From: Macrostomum lignano
Taxonomy: Eukaryota
NCBI GenBank assembly: GCA_002269645.1
Contig: NIVC01004090.1
Location: forward strand, 1 to 60,945
Length of the DNA: 60,945 nt
Reading direction: 5' to 3'
Below the pieces are notes generated by a model. The model ran no database searches. It was not told the origin of the DNA and was given only the letters and a program-made list of their open reading frames with translations. Shown here one piece after another: positions 25,733 to 37,356 of the stretch. Position numbers and translations under genes: made by a program. Numbering within the stretch: position 1 is the stretch's first letter; every line of letters starts with the position of its first letter.

Positions 25733-26985
25733 TTTGGTTGGGGAGAAAGTTCCCGCGGTTTCTAGAACTTTCTGTCTAAGAACTTTCTGGAACATTCCAG
25801 AGCCCGGCTGTGTGGGTATATATTGAGGGTGGGTGTGTGTGATTCTAACATGCTATTTAAACCAAAGAGATTACTCACTAGTCACCAGCATTATGGATCT
25901 CTCTCGGGCCTATATTCGTGGTCTCCTGCTCTACGACTTCAAATCTGGACTGTCAGCCACAGAATCCAGCCGTCGCATCAACGCTGCATTTGGTGCGGGT
26001 ACCGTGTCTGAACGCACTGCCCAGGACTGGTTTGCGCGGTTTCGCCAGGGAAATTTTAACCTCAAAGATTTGCCCCGGTCAGGTCGTCCCTCCGAGGTTG
26101 ATGACGACCGGCTGCGCACACTCGTAGAGGCTGACCCTCGGCAAACCACGCATGAGTTAGCGCAAGTCCTTGATGTAGACCATAAAACGGTCACCAGTCA
26201 TTTGCATCAGCTGGGCAAGGTATACAAGCTGGCACAATGGGTACCCCACCAATTGTCAGATTGGGACAAGGAGCGCAGGGCAGAGGTGGCCACTTCTCTC
26301 CTCTCCTACAGGTGCATGCACAACTGGCTGAAGTCCATCGTTACGGGCGATGAAAAGTGGTGCCTGTACATCAACATCAAACATCGACGATTATGGGTTG
26401 ATGCTGACGCGACGCCTGAGCTGCAGCCAAAGGCCGGACTCCACCCACGCAAGGTCATGCTGTGCGTGTGGTGGGACTGCAAGGGCGTCATCTACTATGA
26501 ACTGCTGCCACCCAACACATCGATTACGGCCAACCTATACTGCCAACAGCTGGACCGATTGGCCGCCGCCATTGCACAGAAGCGTCCGAACCATGGCCCA
26601 GTACGATTCCTCCATGATAACGCTCGTCCACACACTGCTAGGGTGACTCGCCAAAAGCTACTGGACCTTGGCTGGGAATTGGTGCCCCATCCACCGTATT
26701 CACCAGACTTGGCACCAAGCGACTATCACCTGTTTTTGTCTCTGGCCAACGCCTTGAACAACAAAACCTTTGCTGATGATGAAGAGCTCGATAACTAGCT
26801 GAACAACTTTTTCACTTCAAAGCCAGAGAAATTTTACAGTGACGGTATTATGAGTCTGCCCGAAAAATGGCAGAAGGTGATCGATTGTGATGGTGATTAT
26901 TTTATTTCTTAATTGGCTTTTTGTTTAAAAAAACTCAGTTTAACAGAAAGTTCTAGAAACCGCGGGAACTTTCTCCCCAACTGAA
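25733..26985 (+). mobile_element. Mariner (Tc1/mariner, DD34D) transposon, full length, 1253 bp
   Basis: ~43-bp TIRs (TTYRGTTGGGGAGAAAGTTCCCGCGGTTTCTAGAACTTTCTGT, 2 mismatches near the tip); TA TSD at 25731-32 and 26986-87. Confidence 0.95.
25893..26912 (+). pseudogene. Mariner transposase, 339 codons, one premature TAG at 26796-26798
   Basis: WVPHQL, TGDEKW, HDNARPH and YSPDLAPSDYHLF motifs; the frame continues past the TAG (LNNFFTSKPENFYSDGI...DGDYFIS*). Confidence 0.92.
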
Positions 26986-27837
26986 TAGAAGAATTAGATG
27001 CAATTTGTACTTAGGGCAAGCAATAGTCTTATTATTTTTATTAGTCTAGAAACTTTTGCAATATACCTTGTATTGTACCAAAATGTCAAATGTTTTAAAT
27101 TAATAATTATAAATTTCCTACTAATTTTTGAAGTCATGTTCACTATGAATAATACTTGAAAAACATAGTAACTGCTCAATCAACAAAACAATCATATACA
27201 TAACAATCTCTTTAGCTTCTAAAGCATAAAAACCTAGTTTAATAGAACATTAAAAAATATTAAAAGTGCAATTTAGATTTACAAAACTTTGTCTAGTGAA
27301 ACAATATTAACTAAGTTTTAAATTTTGTTGGTTACTTGTTTGAATGGGTTAATGATAAAAATATTTTTTATTTTTTATGAAAAATTTTATTTCTAGTTAA
27401 AATACTACTTCCTAAACTAGAGACAATTTGTCTAAAGGGTATAATATTTTGTTAACAAAAAATGCTCGATCATGACATGATAAAAAGCTACAAAATCAAA
27501 TACCTAGTTATGTTATTTAAAGGTACACTATCTAAACAACACAAATTATGCTCAGGAATTATGTTTTTAGAAGAATGCAACAAAATTAGACTGTTTCGTC
27601 CTCTGCATATGCCATAATTCAAATTTTAGATAACATTTGTTTCGTGGAAAACCTGGAATTTAAAATGTAAATGCTTCGTATACCTACTACAACAAAAATA
27701 TTTTTATTAAAACTCTGTTTTATTTAAAAAAAGTTTTTCTTTTAAGTTTCAACCGAAGATTAAGTAAAAAATTCATTTCCTGACTTAAAATTATTTGAAA
27801 AGAAATTTTGATTAACTTCGAAGAACTCTGACTGTGC

Positions 27838-28617
27838 GTGCACGATCAAAACGCCTATCTCTACAAAAAAATCTGCAGGCCCGACCTTTCAGATTACTTT
27901 CCATGCACTTTTAGAAACAAAAAATTCCTAACAACCCTCCTAAAACTGATATGCGAAATTACACCCAACATTTTCTCTCATGAAGCATGTAGACTGTGTG
28001 GAGCGAGAAATGGTTCCGATATCCTACACTACTTGACCGAATGTCCACAAACTGAAAAGATCAGAAAAAAATACTTCTGTCAGTACCTCTTAAATGACAA
28101 GCAAGTACACAAGTTAGGATATGCTACAAATGAAAAAAGAGTCAGAAAAGAGCTCACTGGTGTAGCTAAAATATATGAAGTCATGAATAGCTAAAACAGT
28201 TATGCAAACTGAAACAGACATATCAGCAGTGTAATAAATCCGCTTTTCTTTTGTTTATTCATTTACTGTCTTTTTAATTTCCTATTTAATTAGCATTTAA
28301 TTAGTATTTAATTAGTTTCCTATCTAATACCTATTTAAATCGTCGTTATTCGTTAAACGTAAAGTTCTTTCGAAGTTTGTTCATGTTCGTTTTTCACGCT
28401 TTGAAATATTGCGCGCTTGCAAAATACTACATCTTTCTACAAAAAACGCTCTTTCAAATACCTTAATAATTTTACAAATATCGTAACTCGTAAAAAAAAT
28501 TTAACCTTTTGAACAAATTTAACCTTTTGAACTTAATCGTAATTAAACAACTAATGCTAAAATATCTTAAATACACAGAAATATACTGGCCAAACAGGCT
28601 TCTTGCCTGAGCCAACT

Positions 28618-28655
<38 letters not shown>

Positions 28656-28660
28656 TCATT
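27838..28660 (+). mobile_element. Decayed non-LTR retrotransposon 3' end (C-terminal zinc knuckle) with (TAC)n tail
   Basis: CRLCGARNGSDILHYLTECP resembles the LINE ORF2 CCHC knuckle; (TAC)n at ~28618-28655. Confidence 0.4.
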
Positions 28661-29325
28661 TGCTTAGTTGCAATGCTTGTTGTCTCTTCAAGCCTTTTCA
28701 CATTACCAATTCCAGAACCGGAATCGGTTCGGATCTTCCAAGGAAAACAGCAGTATAACTATTTAACTCTGTTGATATTTGACTGCCTTACAGCCTCACT
28801 TTGCACAATTTTTCACTTTCTTCTTGGCAATTTTCATTCAATAATTAAGAGTTTATAGCAAGTATATCCCTCTAGTTAAGGAGACAACAAGTTATACTTT
28901 ACAAATTGGTTCTGGTTCTAGAACCAGAACAAGCAATATGAAGAACCTCTTCATATTGCCAGTTCGAAAAATGGAAAGTTTGATGCTCTTCATATCAATG
29001 GTTTGAAAAACAGAATCAGTTCTGGAACAATGTACTAGTTCTAGAATATGATTCGAGAATTTTTTTTCAAACTGTTGTCATGTTTATACTTTAACAGTAA
29101 AATCTATTTGAAATCATCAATTTTTTATCAATTTGTTATATAATTATTCAGTTTTTTTGCCATATCCAAGACCAAGAGGAAACAAAGTAAAGAATGATAA
29201 AATTAAATTGTAAAGATTGTCAAACATAAAATGGGTTCAAAGCTCCTCATTTCACACTGGTTCTGGTTCTAAAACTCAAATTTATTCTGGTTCTAGAACT
29301 GATTGCCATGAATAGGCTCCTTGAG

Positions 29326-29730
29326 CTGACTGAGCTTTTCACTGTTCTGGATAAATATAGATTTTATAGCAAACTCAGAGTGCTAGAAGCCTTATACATT
29401 AGGCATCATGGACCTAGTTTGAATGGTCAGCTTTTAGGTGGAGGAGCCAGTTTACAGCTCAAAGTTTTCTAGGGTTGGTATAAGTTTGCATTTGTAGCTC
29501 TCTTCTTGCTAATATTGTTTGCTCTGTGTTTATTTGTTCTGTGTGATGGCCTAATAATTTAATTTATTTTCATCTCTTAATCGACAATTATCAACCAGAT
29601 CAAACCCATTTTTCTATTGCCCTGATACAGTTTTTGATTTTCTTTGTTTCTTTGTTGTGAACCATGAATGCAAGCCCTAAAGATGACTGGTTGTATTGAT
29701 ACGCATTGGCTAGGCCCTATAATAATTTAA
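29326..29730 (+). mobile_element. Penelope-like element fragment (GIY-YIG endonuclease C-terminus and 3' region)
   Basis: 29326-29472 reads LTELFTVLDKYRFYSKLRVLEALYIRHHGPSLNGQ...LKVF*, matching the PLE pattern F.ILD...L..LE.L.I....P.LN.Q. Confidence 0.5.
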
Positions 29731-30449
29731 TTATATGTTGGTGTTAGCGTTCATTTTTCTATTATTTATAAACGAAGCATCACTACCAAATTAGATGTAA
29801 TTATGGACATAAATATAAATAGTTTATAGTTGAATTAAATATGGCTATCCCAGTGGTTAGAAAAATTGGGGCGTACCCTCTAGGCCGGCGCCCCGGCGGC
29901 CCTCAAGGGTACGCCCCATCCCGCAAGATAAAAGTTTGTAGGTTTTCTTCTTTGTACGTATGAAATATTTTTGTGAGGAAATTATGTAAAGAGCAGAATT
30001 TTTAAAGTTGATTTTTTTTAGTTTCGGGTGTTTTTGTGCTCAAACCTGACAGTACGCCTTTCAGTACGTGCAGTGGACAGTGGGGCGAACTATTGATATC
30101 CTTATTAATTATTTTCTTGTATAATGAGCTCATTATTTATTTGCATTGACCAATCCTCATACTATAGCTAACTTGAACTTTTAACCCTTTGAGCAGCCAT
30201 CTCTTTGAAAAAATTGCTGCAAGCTCCAAAGTGGGGTATAGGCGACTCGTGCAAATTTTTCTGAGTTTCATACACTTCAGAAATTGGATGTGAATGCAAA
30301 AGTGTGCGTTTTAGCCTACCTACTTATAAGTAATACCTTTTGATCTTCAAAATCAACGCAACAAAAAATATATTTTTTAATACTCCACTACTTAAGCACT
30401 AGTGCATGTACAATGTTGCTTGTATTCTTAAGTTTTCATTTAGATGAGT

Positions 30450-31750
30450 CCAATTTGGTGGTCAATTCAGGATTTTTAAAGTAGTGGGGGCAGATTTGCC
30501 CAAATTTTTGTTTTGGCCTAAAAAGCCAAAGTAAGCTCAAAATTTACCCCCCTTATATGCAAGTCTAGCCATGGCAAAGGGGGCGGCCGCCGGGTCTACT
30601 ACATCTACGAGTACATTTGACCGCCACAATTTGATCGCCATTTTATTCAAGGTGAAATAGGGCGGCGGGCAAATTGTCTGGCGGGCAAATTGTGGCGGTC
30701 TCCGCTGTCGGTCTCCCGCGGCCGCGCCCCCCCCCCTTGGATAGTGGCGTAAATAAATACTCATTTCAAAGTTTTACATGTAAGTAGGCGGCATACCCTT
30801 GCACAAGGTTGCATAATTATTTGAAAGCCATATGCTTGTATGGGGTGGACAGTTGACAGTCGAAATGCCTATATCTACATGTACCTCCATACAGTAATAC
30901 TTTTCCTATTAAACAACAATTAAGGTCAAAGATAACATATGCGTATGCCAGCAAAGGTTTAAAATTTTCAATAATTAATTGTACGGTACAATGCGATAGC
31001 AAAACAAACTAATCTTAGATGCAGCTGTTATCTAGAATCTCGATTTATCTTCCAGAATTTTAGAGAAATACAACTAGGACAGGGGAAATCCCGGAAAATC
31101 AATCAGGTTTGCCAAGCTATATTAAAGGGGGACCAAGCGCATTTTTACCAAAATACAGAGCCACCCCTCCGCCCCCTTGGGTCTTTACCCTTCAGAATCC
31201 GCCCCCCCCCCACATAAGAAATTTCTGCTTGCGCCACTGCTAACAGTTCAAGTAATTCTGGAGAGCACAGAGTGCTGTCTAGAGAAGCTGTTCAGGCTTG
31301 GCACAACGCGCCCGCCAAAATTTTGTTAATGTCAACTTTTGCTCATTGTAATGTTCGAAATTCCTTGCCAGGGATTGGCTAACTATTTTACTTTAAGTGC
31401 CAGATAGAGAATCTAGCTCAAGACTGCGGGCCAGAAGGAGGAGAGTGGAGGGGAGAAGGGAGAGATGTGAGATGTGAGAGGAGGGAAGAGAGGAGAGCGG
31501 CGAGATGAGAGAAAAAAGGGAGATAAGGGGAGAGAGGAGAGAGGCGAAAGGAGAGATGTCAGAGGAAGGGAGCAAGCAGTAGCGCAACCAGAAATTTTTT
31601 GAGGGGGGGCGGATTCTGGAAGGTAAAGTCCCGTGAGGGGGGCGGAGGGGAGGCTCTGTTTTTGGCGAGGATTCGCTTGGTCCCCCCTTCAATTTTTTCT
31701 GGGTCTCCGCCTATTAGCAAAAAAGCTGAGAAGAGATGCAAACCTTGAGC
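30450..31750. mobile_element. Cluster of nested non-autonomous hAT-like MITE fragments (CAGTGGCG-type ends), including inverted copies ~31115-31239 and ~31577-31700
   Basis: Reverse complement of 31115-31239 aligns with 31577-31700 and with 57800-57900. Confidence 0.55.
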
Positions 31751-32124
31751 GGGCTGGATTGTTATTGGCATGGGAAGTTAGAAAGGACCCGAGGGCCGGA
31801 TAGAGAGACTGCGGGCCGCATGTGGCCCATAGGCTGGAGTTTGCTGACCCCTGCAGACCCCTGTAGTAAACTCGTGAAACTGCGGATCCTAAAAGTAAAG
31901 ATAAAATGGCAGTTTGCGATCGAGTATGCATCGTAATATACTAATATTTAACTCACAATCTACAATCATGTCTGCGTGTTGAAGCTGAGAACATATTCAG
32001 GAAGAAATTGCATAATTGCAGAATACAGGGAATACGAGAATCGAGATAGAAGGAAATCGGATTGATATAAAAAAAAACAGAGAAAGATATTTTTAGTACT
32101 CACTTGCGACTCACGCGTCCTACA

Positions 32125-34165
32125 TCAGGCCTCCTCGGAGTCACCTGTCAGAGGAATGACAAAAAAATGGCTTGCTGGATCCCTGTCCGCTCCAGCAAGA
32201 TTGGCAAGCAGATTCGCAGGCAAAATCCAGCACTTTCGCTCAGGTGTGCCAGTTAGAACACCAGATGTCATCCTGTACAAGCCGATTCCCAGACGCAAAG
32301 ATGGATATGGGTTGGCGTAGATGTTGTCAACTGGGTGTAAAATCCTGCCAGTGACTTGATTAGCTTCACTTACAGCTTCGATTAGGACGCATACTTTGTC
32401 GATTATGCAACAATTATCACCTCGCTTTGTGCTGAATTTCAACGGTGGAATGCGCTGCTCATTCAACAGAAGATCGCGATCGCGAACTCTGAGCACCTGC
32501 TTAACTGAATGCGCTGCCATGTGCCTTGTCACCTTTACGCGGCACTTTACAGATCCAAGAAAGTTTTCGAAAGGGAAAGTCGAAAAGTTGTTTAAACTGC
32601 CTAGCTTTCGGACAAACTCATCCAAATGAAGAATAGTGTGAAGATTGAAACTTATAAACTTCTGGCCGTAAAGATGGGCAGCCCGTTCAACAAAAACTTC
32701 AATGCAAGTTTTTGCCTGCGTCCACCACTTGGAGTACCTTTCGTTGGAGTATGCGTAAATGGCGAAATGGAGGTAAAGAAAGTGGTTATACCTTTCTTCA
32801 TTTAAAATGCCTTTGAAGAGGACAGGTCCTAGGTACAGCAAGTACTGTCTGAATTCAGTAGCCTTCATGTGCTTTAGTTCCAAGTCGATTTTCCGGGGTC
32901 TTCGTTGAAAGTTTGAAGGTGTCCAACCGGCAGCCATAGTAATTCGGTCGCCCAATAGGCTCATCGGACCGGGATAGACGAGACACTTCTTGCCATTAGA
33001 TTTGTCGAAAAATAGGTAAAATAGCTTCCTTGTGACTCCAAGGCAGACGGCATGCTGGTAGTCAGGGGGAAAAGCATCGACAAAACTAATGTTAGGCAAA
33101 TTTAGAAGGGGTGATAGAGCGATTTTTTTATTTTCCTGGTTAAACTCCTTTCCCTCTCGGTATTGTTGGCTGCTACGAGACTCCCCGACGCTCGTTGAAA
33201 ATGTTACTCTGTTGTCGGTATAAGGTCCAGTAGCCCTGCAGTACATGCAACCGACGTACGACATGTGCCCTTGAGTTACTGAGACCCAGGCTCGAGCAGG
33301 CGCATCGCAAACAAATCGGATAGTCGAAAAGCTGATGCTTAAATTTTCGATAATTTTTATGGGACCCGTAAGAAAACGTTTAGCCTCGTCGCAAAATTGT
33401 CGAAGATAATCATTCAGAGGTGGCTTGCCACAACCAGCCCATACGGCTACTGGAAAAGGTCTGCTGAATACGCTGGGAATAGACATTAGTATGGGCCAAA
33501 GACCGAAGTGGCTTGCTCGGTACAAAGGCAAGCCGTCAAAATTAACGATGGCTTCAATTTTGTAAGCCTTCTCAGTTTCACTATCGTGTTGTAGATATTC
33601 TGGCTTCATGTGCGGCTGGTTTTTGCGAAACATCAAACATTAGTTCTAGATTTTTCAGAATCGAAATGTAGCGAAAATGGCCTTTTCCCATGGACTCCAA
33701 TTTTTCCGTTGGATCGCCAGCATTGATGACGGCCTCAAGAGAGTTGACAGACTTCGGCGCAGGCAAGCCTATGTCTCTTAGACCATCAACAAGGAATTTT
33801 TTAGATCCACGACTTAGGTTGAAACAAGAAAAGTAGACTACCAGCAAGGCGAATATTTTATCTTCTAAAGAGCGGTCATCCTCTTTCTTGTCAATCTCCT
33901 CATCTTCATCGCTGCAAACTCGCGCGAACTCGTCAAAATCAGGATAGCTGCCATTGTCGTTGCCAAGATCTGGATCCATACCTTCATTGACTTCTGCTAC
34001 AGAGGACTCCGAAGCGATGAAACCGGCGACTCTCCCAGAATCATCTGCTTCGACTACTTTTCTTTTTTTCTCTTGCAGTGCGATGTCTTCCAAAGCTTCT
34101 TGTTCTCCTTCCATGAACAAGCCCAGCAAATCCTTATTTGCTTGTCGCCTCAAATGCCTTGTCAT
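32125..34165 (-). pseudogene. EnSpm/CACTA transposase, 677 aa if a 7-bp duplication at 33628-33634 is removed
   Basis: NFDGLPLYRASHFGLWPIL, FVCDAPARA...GHMSYVGCMYC, DYQHAVCLGV, KATEFRQYLLY, FNLHTILHL, STFPFENFLG; two overlapping ORFs (33581..34165, 32125..33636) joined by a frameshift. Confidence 0.88.
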
Positions 34166-34521
34166 TGTTTTCGTCCGAATCAGACTTTGATGATAGTTGA
34201 CTGTTGTAATAAAGTAATTACTACGATTGCTTATTTCGTATTAAAGAAAGTATATGAACAAAAGCTGGGAAGAATTGAAAACTATTCCTTTGGGGGTTTG
34301 TGCGCGCTGATTGGACAGGTATGGGTGCGGGGACGGTAGGGCCAATGAAATTGGAAAAGCCAGGGCGGCCTTTCATTCGAAGAACTATAGAAGACAATTG
34401 CTTCTAGAAGCAACCTAAACCACTGAATCATTAAATAAGCATAAACTATAGTGTGAGCTCCAAACTCTTGCTTTATTTGGTACTCAGTTTTGCACTAGCA
34501 TAGTCTAGTCTGCATGCTACA
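34166..34521. promoter_or_regulatory. Putative bidirectional promoter of the transposon genes
   Basis: 356 bp between divergent ATGs; ATTGG and CCAAT boxes in both orientations plus a GC-rich patch at ~34295-34370. Confidence 0.45.
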
Positions 34522-37356
34522 ATGAAGTTTTTAGTGATCTTTAAAGACGACCGTCAAATTGTTGAGGTCACGGAAAGCGAACTGAAGCTTCCTGAAGGCT
34601 TTCAAAACCTTAAGGAAGAGGAATGGTTAGAAAAGAGGGACTCCACTGAGAAGTGGAAGTGTGAAGCCTTGTATGAAGGCTGTTTTTACTCTGCTCTAAT
34701 TATTCAGGTAAGCAACCGATCCCAACGATATTTGAAATGTTAAAATTCTTGAATCGATCTAATATTTGTACGCTCATATTTTCTCATTAATTTAAAGGTA
34801 ATACTAAGCAACAACCTAGAGCCTGGGAGCTTCCGCTTTGTGCGTGAATTGGTGGCCAAAAAGACCCGACTGAACCGAATTCTCGAGTTGGTTCAACCCA
34901 GAGTCTTTCAGGAGCGTGACATGAAGAAAGCACGAAGGCATTACCAGACTAAGGTAAAATTAAGCACAGCCGATATAATTTTTATCGAGAACTTTGTTTT
35001 CTCCGTTTTACCTTTTAAACTAATTTTTAAGAAAAGGGAAGAAATTAAATGTGAGAATAATCTTTAAAACTGACATTAACTTGATAATTTCTCATGCCGT
35101 AACCATCCCAAACAGAATCTGTCAGACGGCTCAGCCACCGATTCCGAGGCAATCTTCGAAGATAAGAGCAGCCGCTGTTTGCAACCTCCAGCTTTGCTGC
35201 CTAAACAACATCCGCCTACGATTGCACAGTTAGCGCCAATGCCTCCTATTAGTGATGATGAAGCAGAAGCTGGCGTAGACGCCGATATGGAAGCTGAGGC
35301 GGAAGCTGAAGTGGAAGCTGAGGTGGAAGCTGAGGTGGAAGCTGAGGCGGAAGCTGAAGTGGAAGATGAGGCGGAAGCTGAAGTGGAAGCTGAGGCGGAA
35401 GCTGAAGTGGAAGCTGAGGTGGAAGCTGAGATCGGAGCTGAGGTGGAAGCTGAGATGGGAGCTGAGGCGGAAGCTGAGGCGGAAGCTGAGGTGGAAGCTG
35501 AGATGGGAGCTGAGGTGGAAGCTGAGGCGGAAGCTGAAATAGAAGCTGAGTTCGTAGCAGATGATCGATCGACGATTCCTAAGTCGCCTCCCACCATTTC
35601 ATCTTTTAATTTTGGTTCTGGCTTTCTTAGAAAACTAGAAGAGCAGATCCAAGCCGGTGTTAGCTTTGAGCTGGAAAGTCCAAGAGGCATCAAGTTTCTG
35701 TCCTTATATGCCCTACGCGAACTTACTATGCGCAAGAATGAATTGAAAGCATTAGAAAATGGTTTGACCAAACAAATCACCGCAATGCGCACTGAAGTGC
35801 AGAGCGTGCTACGCTTTTTGGAACCGGTTGGCGCTGACATTCCAACTGATAATTCTGAGCCTTCATTCTGGCCGATCAACTCCTTGGAAAAATATGTGCA
35901 ATTCGCTTCCAATCCAAATGAACATATTTCTACTTTGGTAAGTTCATGACTGAGTTTTTTATTTTCTTTTCATTAGAAGAAATGCTCTAACTACTACTCA
36001 AAGCGCACTAGTACTATCACTGTGAAATAACAATCTATAAGTATTCTCACCTGTAAAAATCTAAACAGAAGAGCCTGCTACGTTCATGCAAGCGAGACAA
36101 GTGGTCCGATGCTTTAATGGCAATGCTTAACGAGAGCTTGTCGAAAGAGATGCAGGCGGTTATTAATTTAATCGGGTCAGACATGCGAAGCCGAGCTGTT
36201 GCTGCTGGAGTTGCGACCAACCTTGCTGATGCGCAGCTTGGATTTCAGAGCACTCTGCTCAGCCATTTCCAAAGTAAGTCTACTTAATCAACGTTCAATG
36301 AGACTTTTAGAGCTAAATATCAAGAAATTAGTCGAGCACAGTGCATGCTATTCATAGTAACTTTCAACTTTTTTCCTAACAGAAGCAATCACATTCATCT
36401 ATGGCGCGACCGCTGAAGCCGGCAGGCCCTCTGAACAATCTGTAAGAAATACTTGCAGACAGCAGCTAAAGCATGGCGGTGACCGATTAAAGGGGCGGTC
36501 GCATCGCACAGGAAGCCAGCTGCTTTCCGGAGTCCAGACTCAAAGCCCCGCTTCTGACAGCACCGTACAAAGACAGTCTCTGGTGGCAGCGACTCCAAGC
36601 CCCGCTTCTGGCAGCGCCGTGCAAAGACGGTCTTTGGTGGCAGCGACTCAAAGTCCCGCTTCTGGCAGCGCCGTGCAAAGACAGTCTCTGGTGGCAGCGA
36701 CTCAAAGTCCCGCTTCTGGCAGCGCCGTGCAAAGACAGTCTCTGGTGGCAGCGACTCCAAGCCCCGCTTCTGGCAGCGCCGTGCAAAGACAGTCTCTGGT
36801 GGCAGCGACTCAAAGTCCCGCTTCTGGCAGCGCCATGCAAAGACAGTCTCTGGTGGCAGCGACTCAAAGTCCCGCTTCTGGCAGCGCCGTGCAAAGACAG
36901 TCTCTGGTGGCAGCGACTCCAAGCCCCGCTTCTGGCAGCGCCATGCAAAGACAGTCTCTGGTGGCAGCGACTCCAAGCCCCGCTTCTGGCAGCGCCATGC
37001 AAAGACAGTCTCTGGTGGCAGCGACTCCAAGCCCCGCTTCTGGCAGCGCCATGCAAAGACAGTCTCTGGTGGCAGCGACTCAAAGTCCCGCTTCTGGCAG
37101 CGCCGTGCAAAGACAGTCTCTGGTGGCAGCGACTCCAAGCCCCGCTTCTGGCAGCGCCATGCAAAGACAGTCTCTGGTGGCAGCGACTCAAAGTCCCGCT
37201 TCTGGCAGCGCCGTGCAAAGACAGTCTCTGGTGGCAGCGACTCAAAGTCCCGCTTCTGGCAGCGCCGTGCAAAGACAGTCTCTGGTGGCAGCGACTCAAA
37301 GTCCCGCTTCTGGCAGCGCCGTGCAAAGACACAGCCATTCATCTTCTTTTTCCCTA
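34522..37356 (+). CDS. Spliced accessory (TnpA-equivalent, DUF4806/BEN-like) gene of the EnSpm element: exons 34522-34707, 34798-34953, 35116-35937, 36069-36273, 36383-~37356; 3' end uncertain (further exon near 37483-37747)
   Basis: Canonical GT-AG, phase-consistent junctions; WPINSLEKY...[17 protein letters not shown]...QQLKHGGDR resembles the DUF4806-type domain of metazoan CACTA ORF2; contains Glu/Ala and Ser/Ala/Gln repeats. Confidence 0.65.
35275..35555 (+). repeat. Coding 12/18-bp repeat (EAEV/EAEA)n
   Basis: GAAGCTGAGG(T/C)G tandem. Confidence 0.9.
36540..37330 (+). repeat. 54-bp repeat, ~14.5 copies ([18 protein letters not shown]), open in the accessory-gene frame
   Basis: Period 54 (36601, 36655). 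Confidence 0.93.

Noticed and set aside
26796-26798. Programmed stop readthrough or selenocysteine in the mariner transposase
   Set aside because: The codon is TAG at a position where Trp (TGG) is expected; a single G>A change or base-call error explains it.
30181-30300. TTAA-CCCTTT piggyBac-like terminus inside the EnSpm element
   Set aside because: No matching opposite end or coding remnant found; too little support.
35076-37342. Minus-strand ORFs of 278, 315 and 283 aa
   Set aside because: Antisense translations of coding repeats in the transposon accessory gene.
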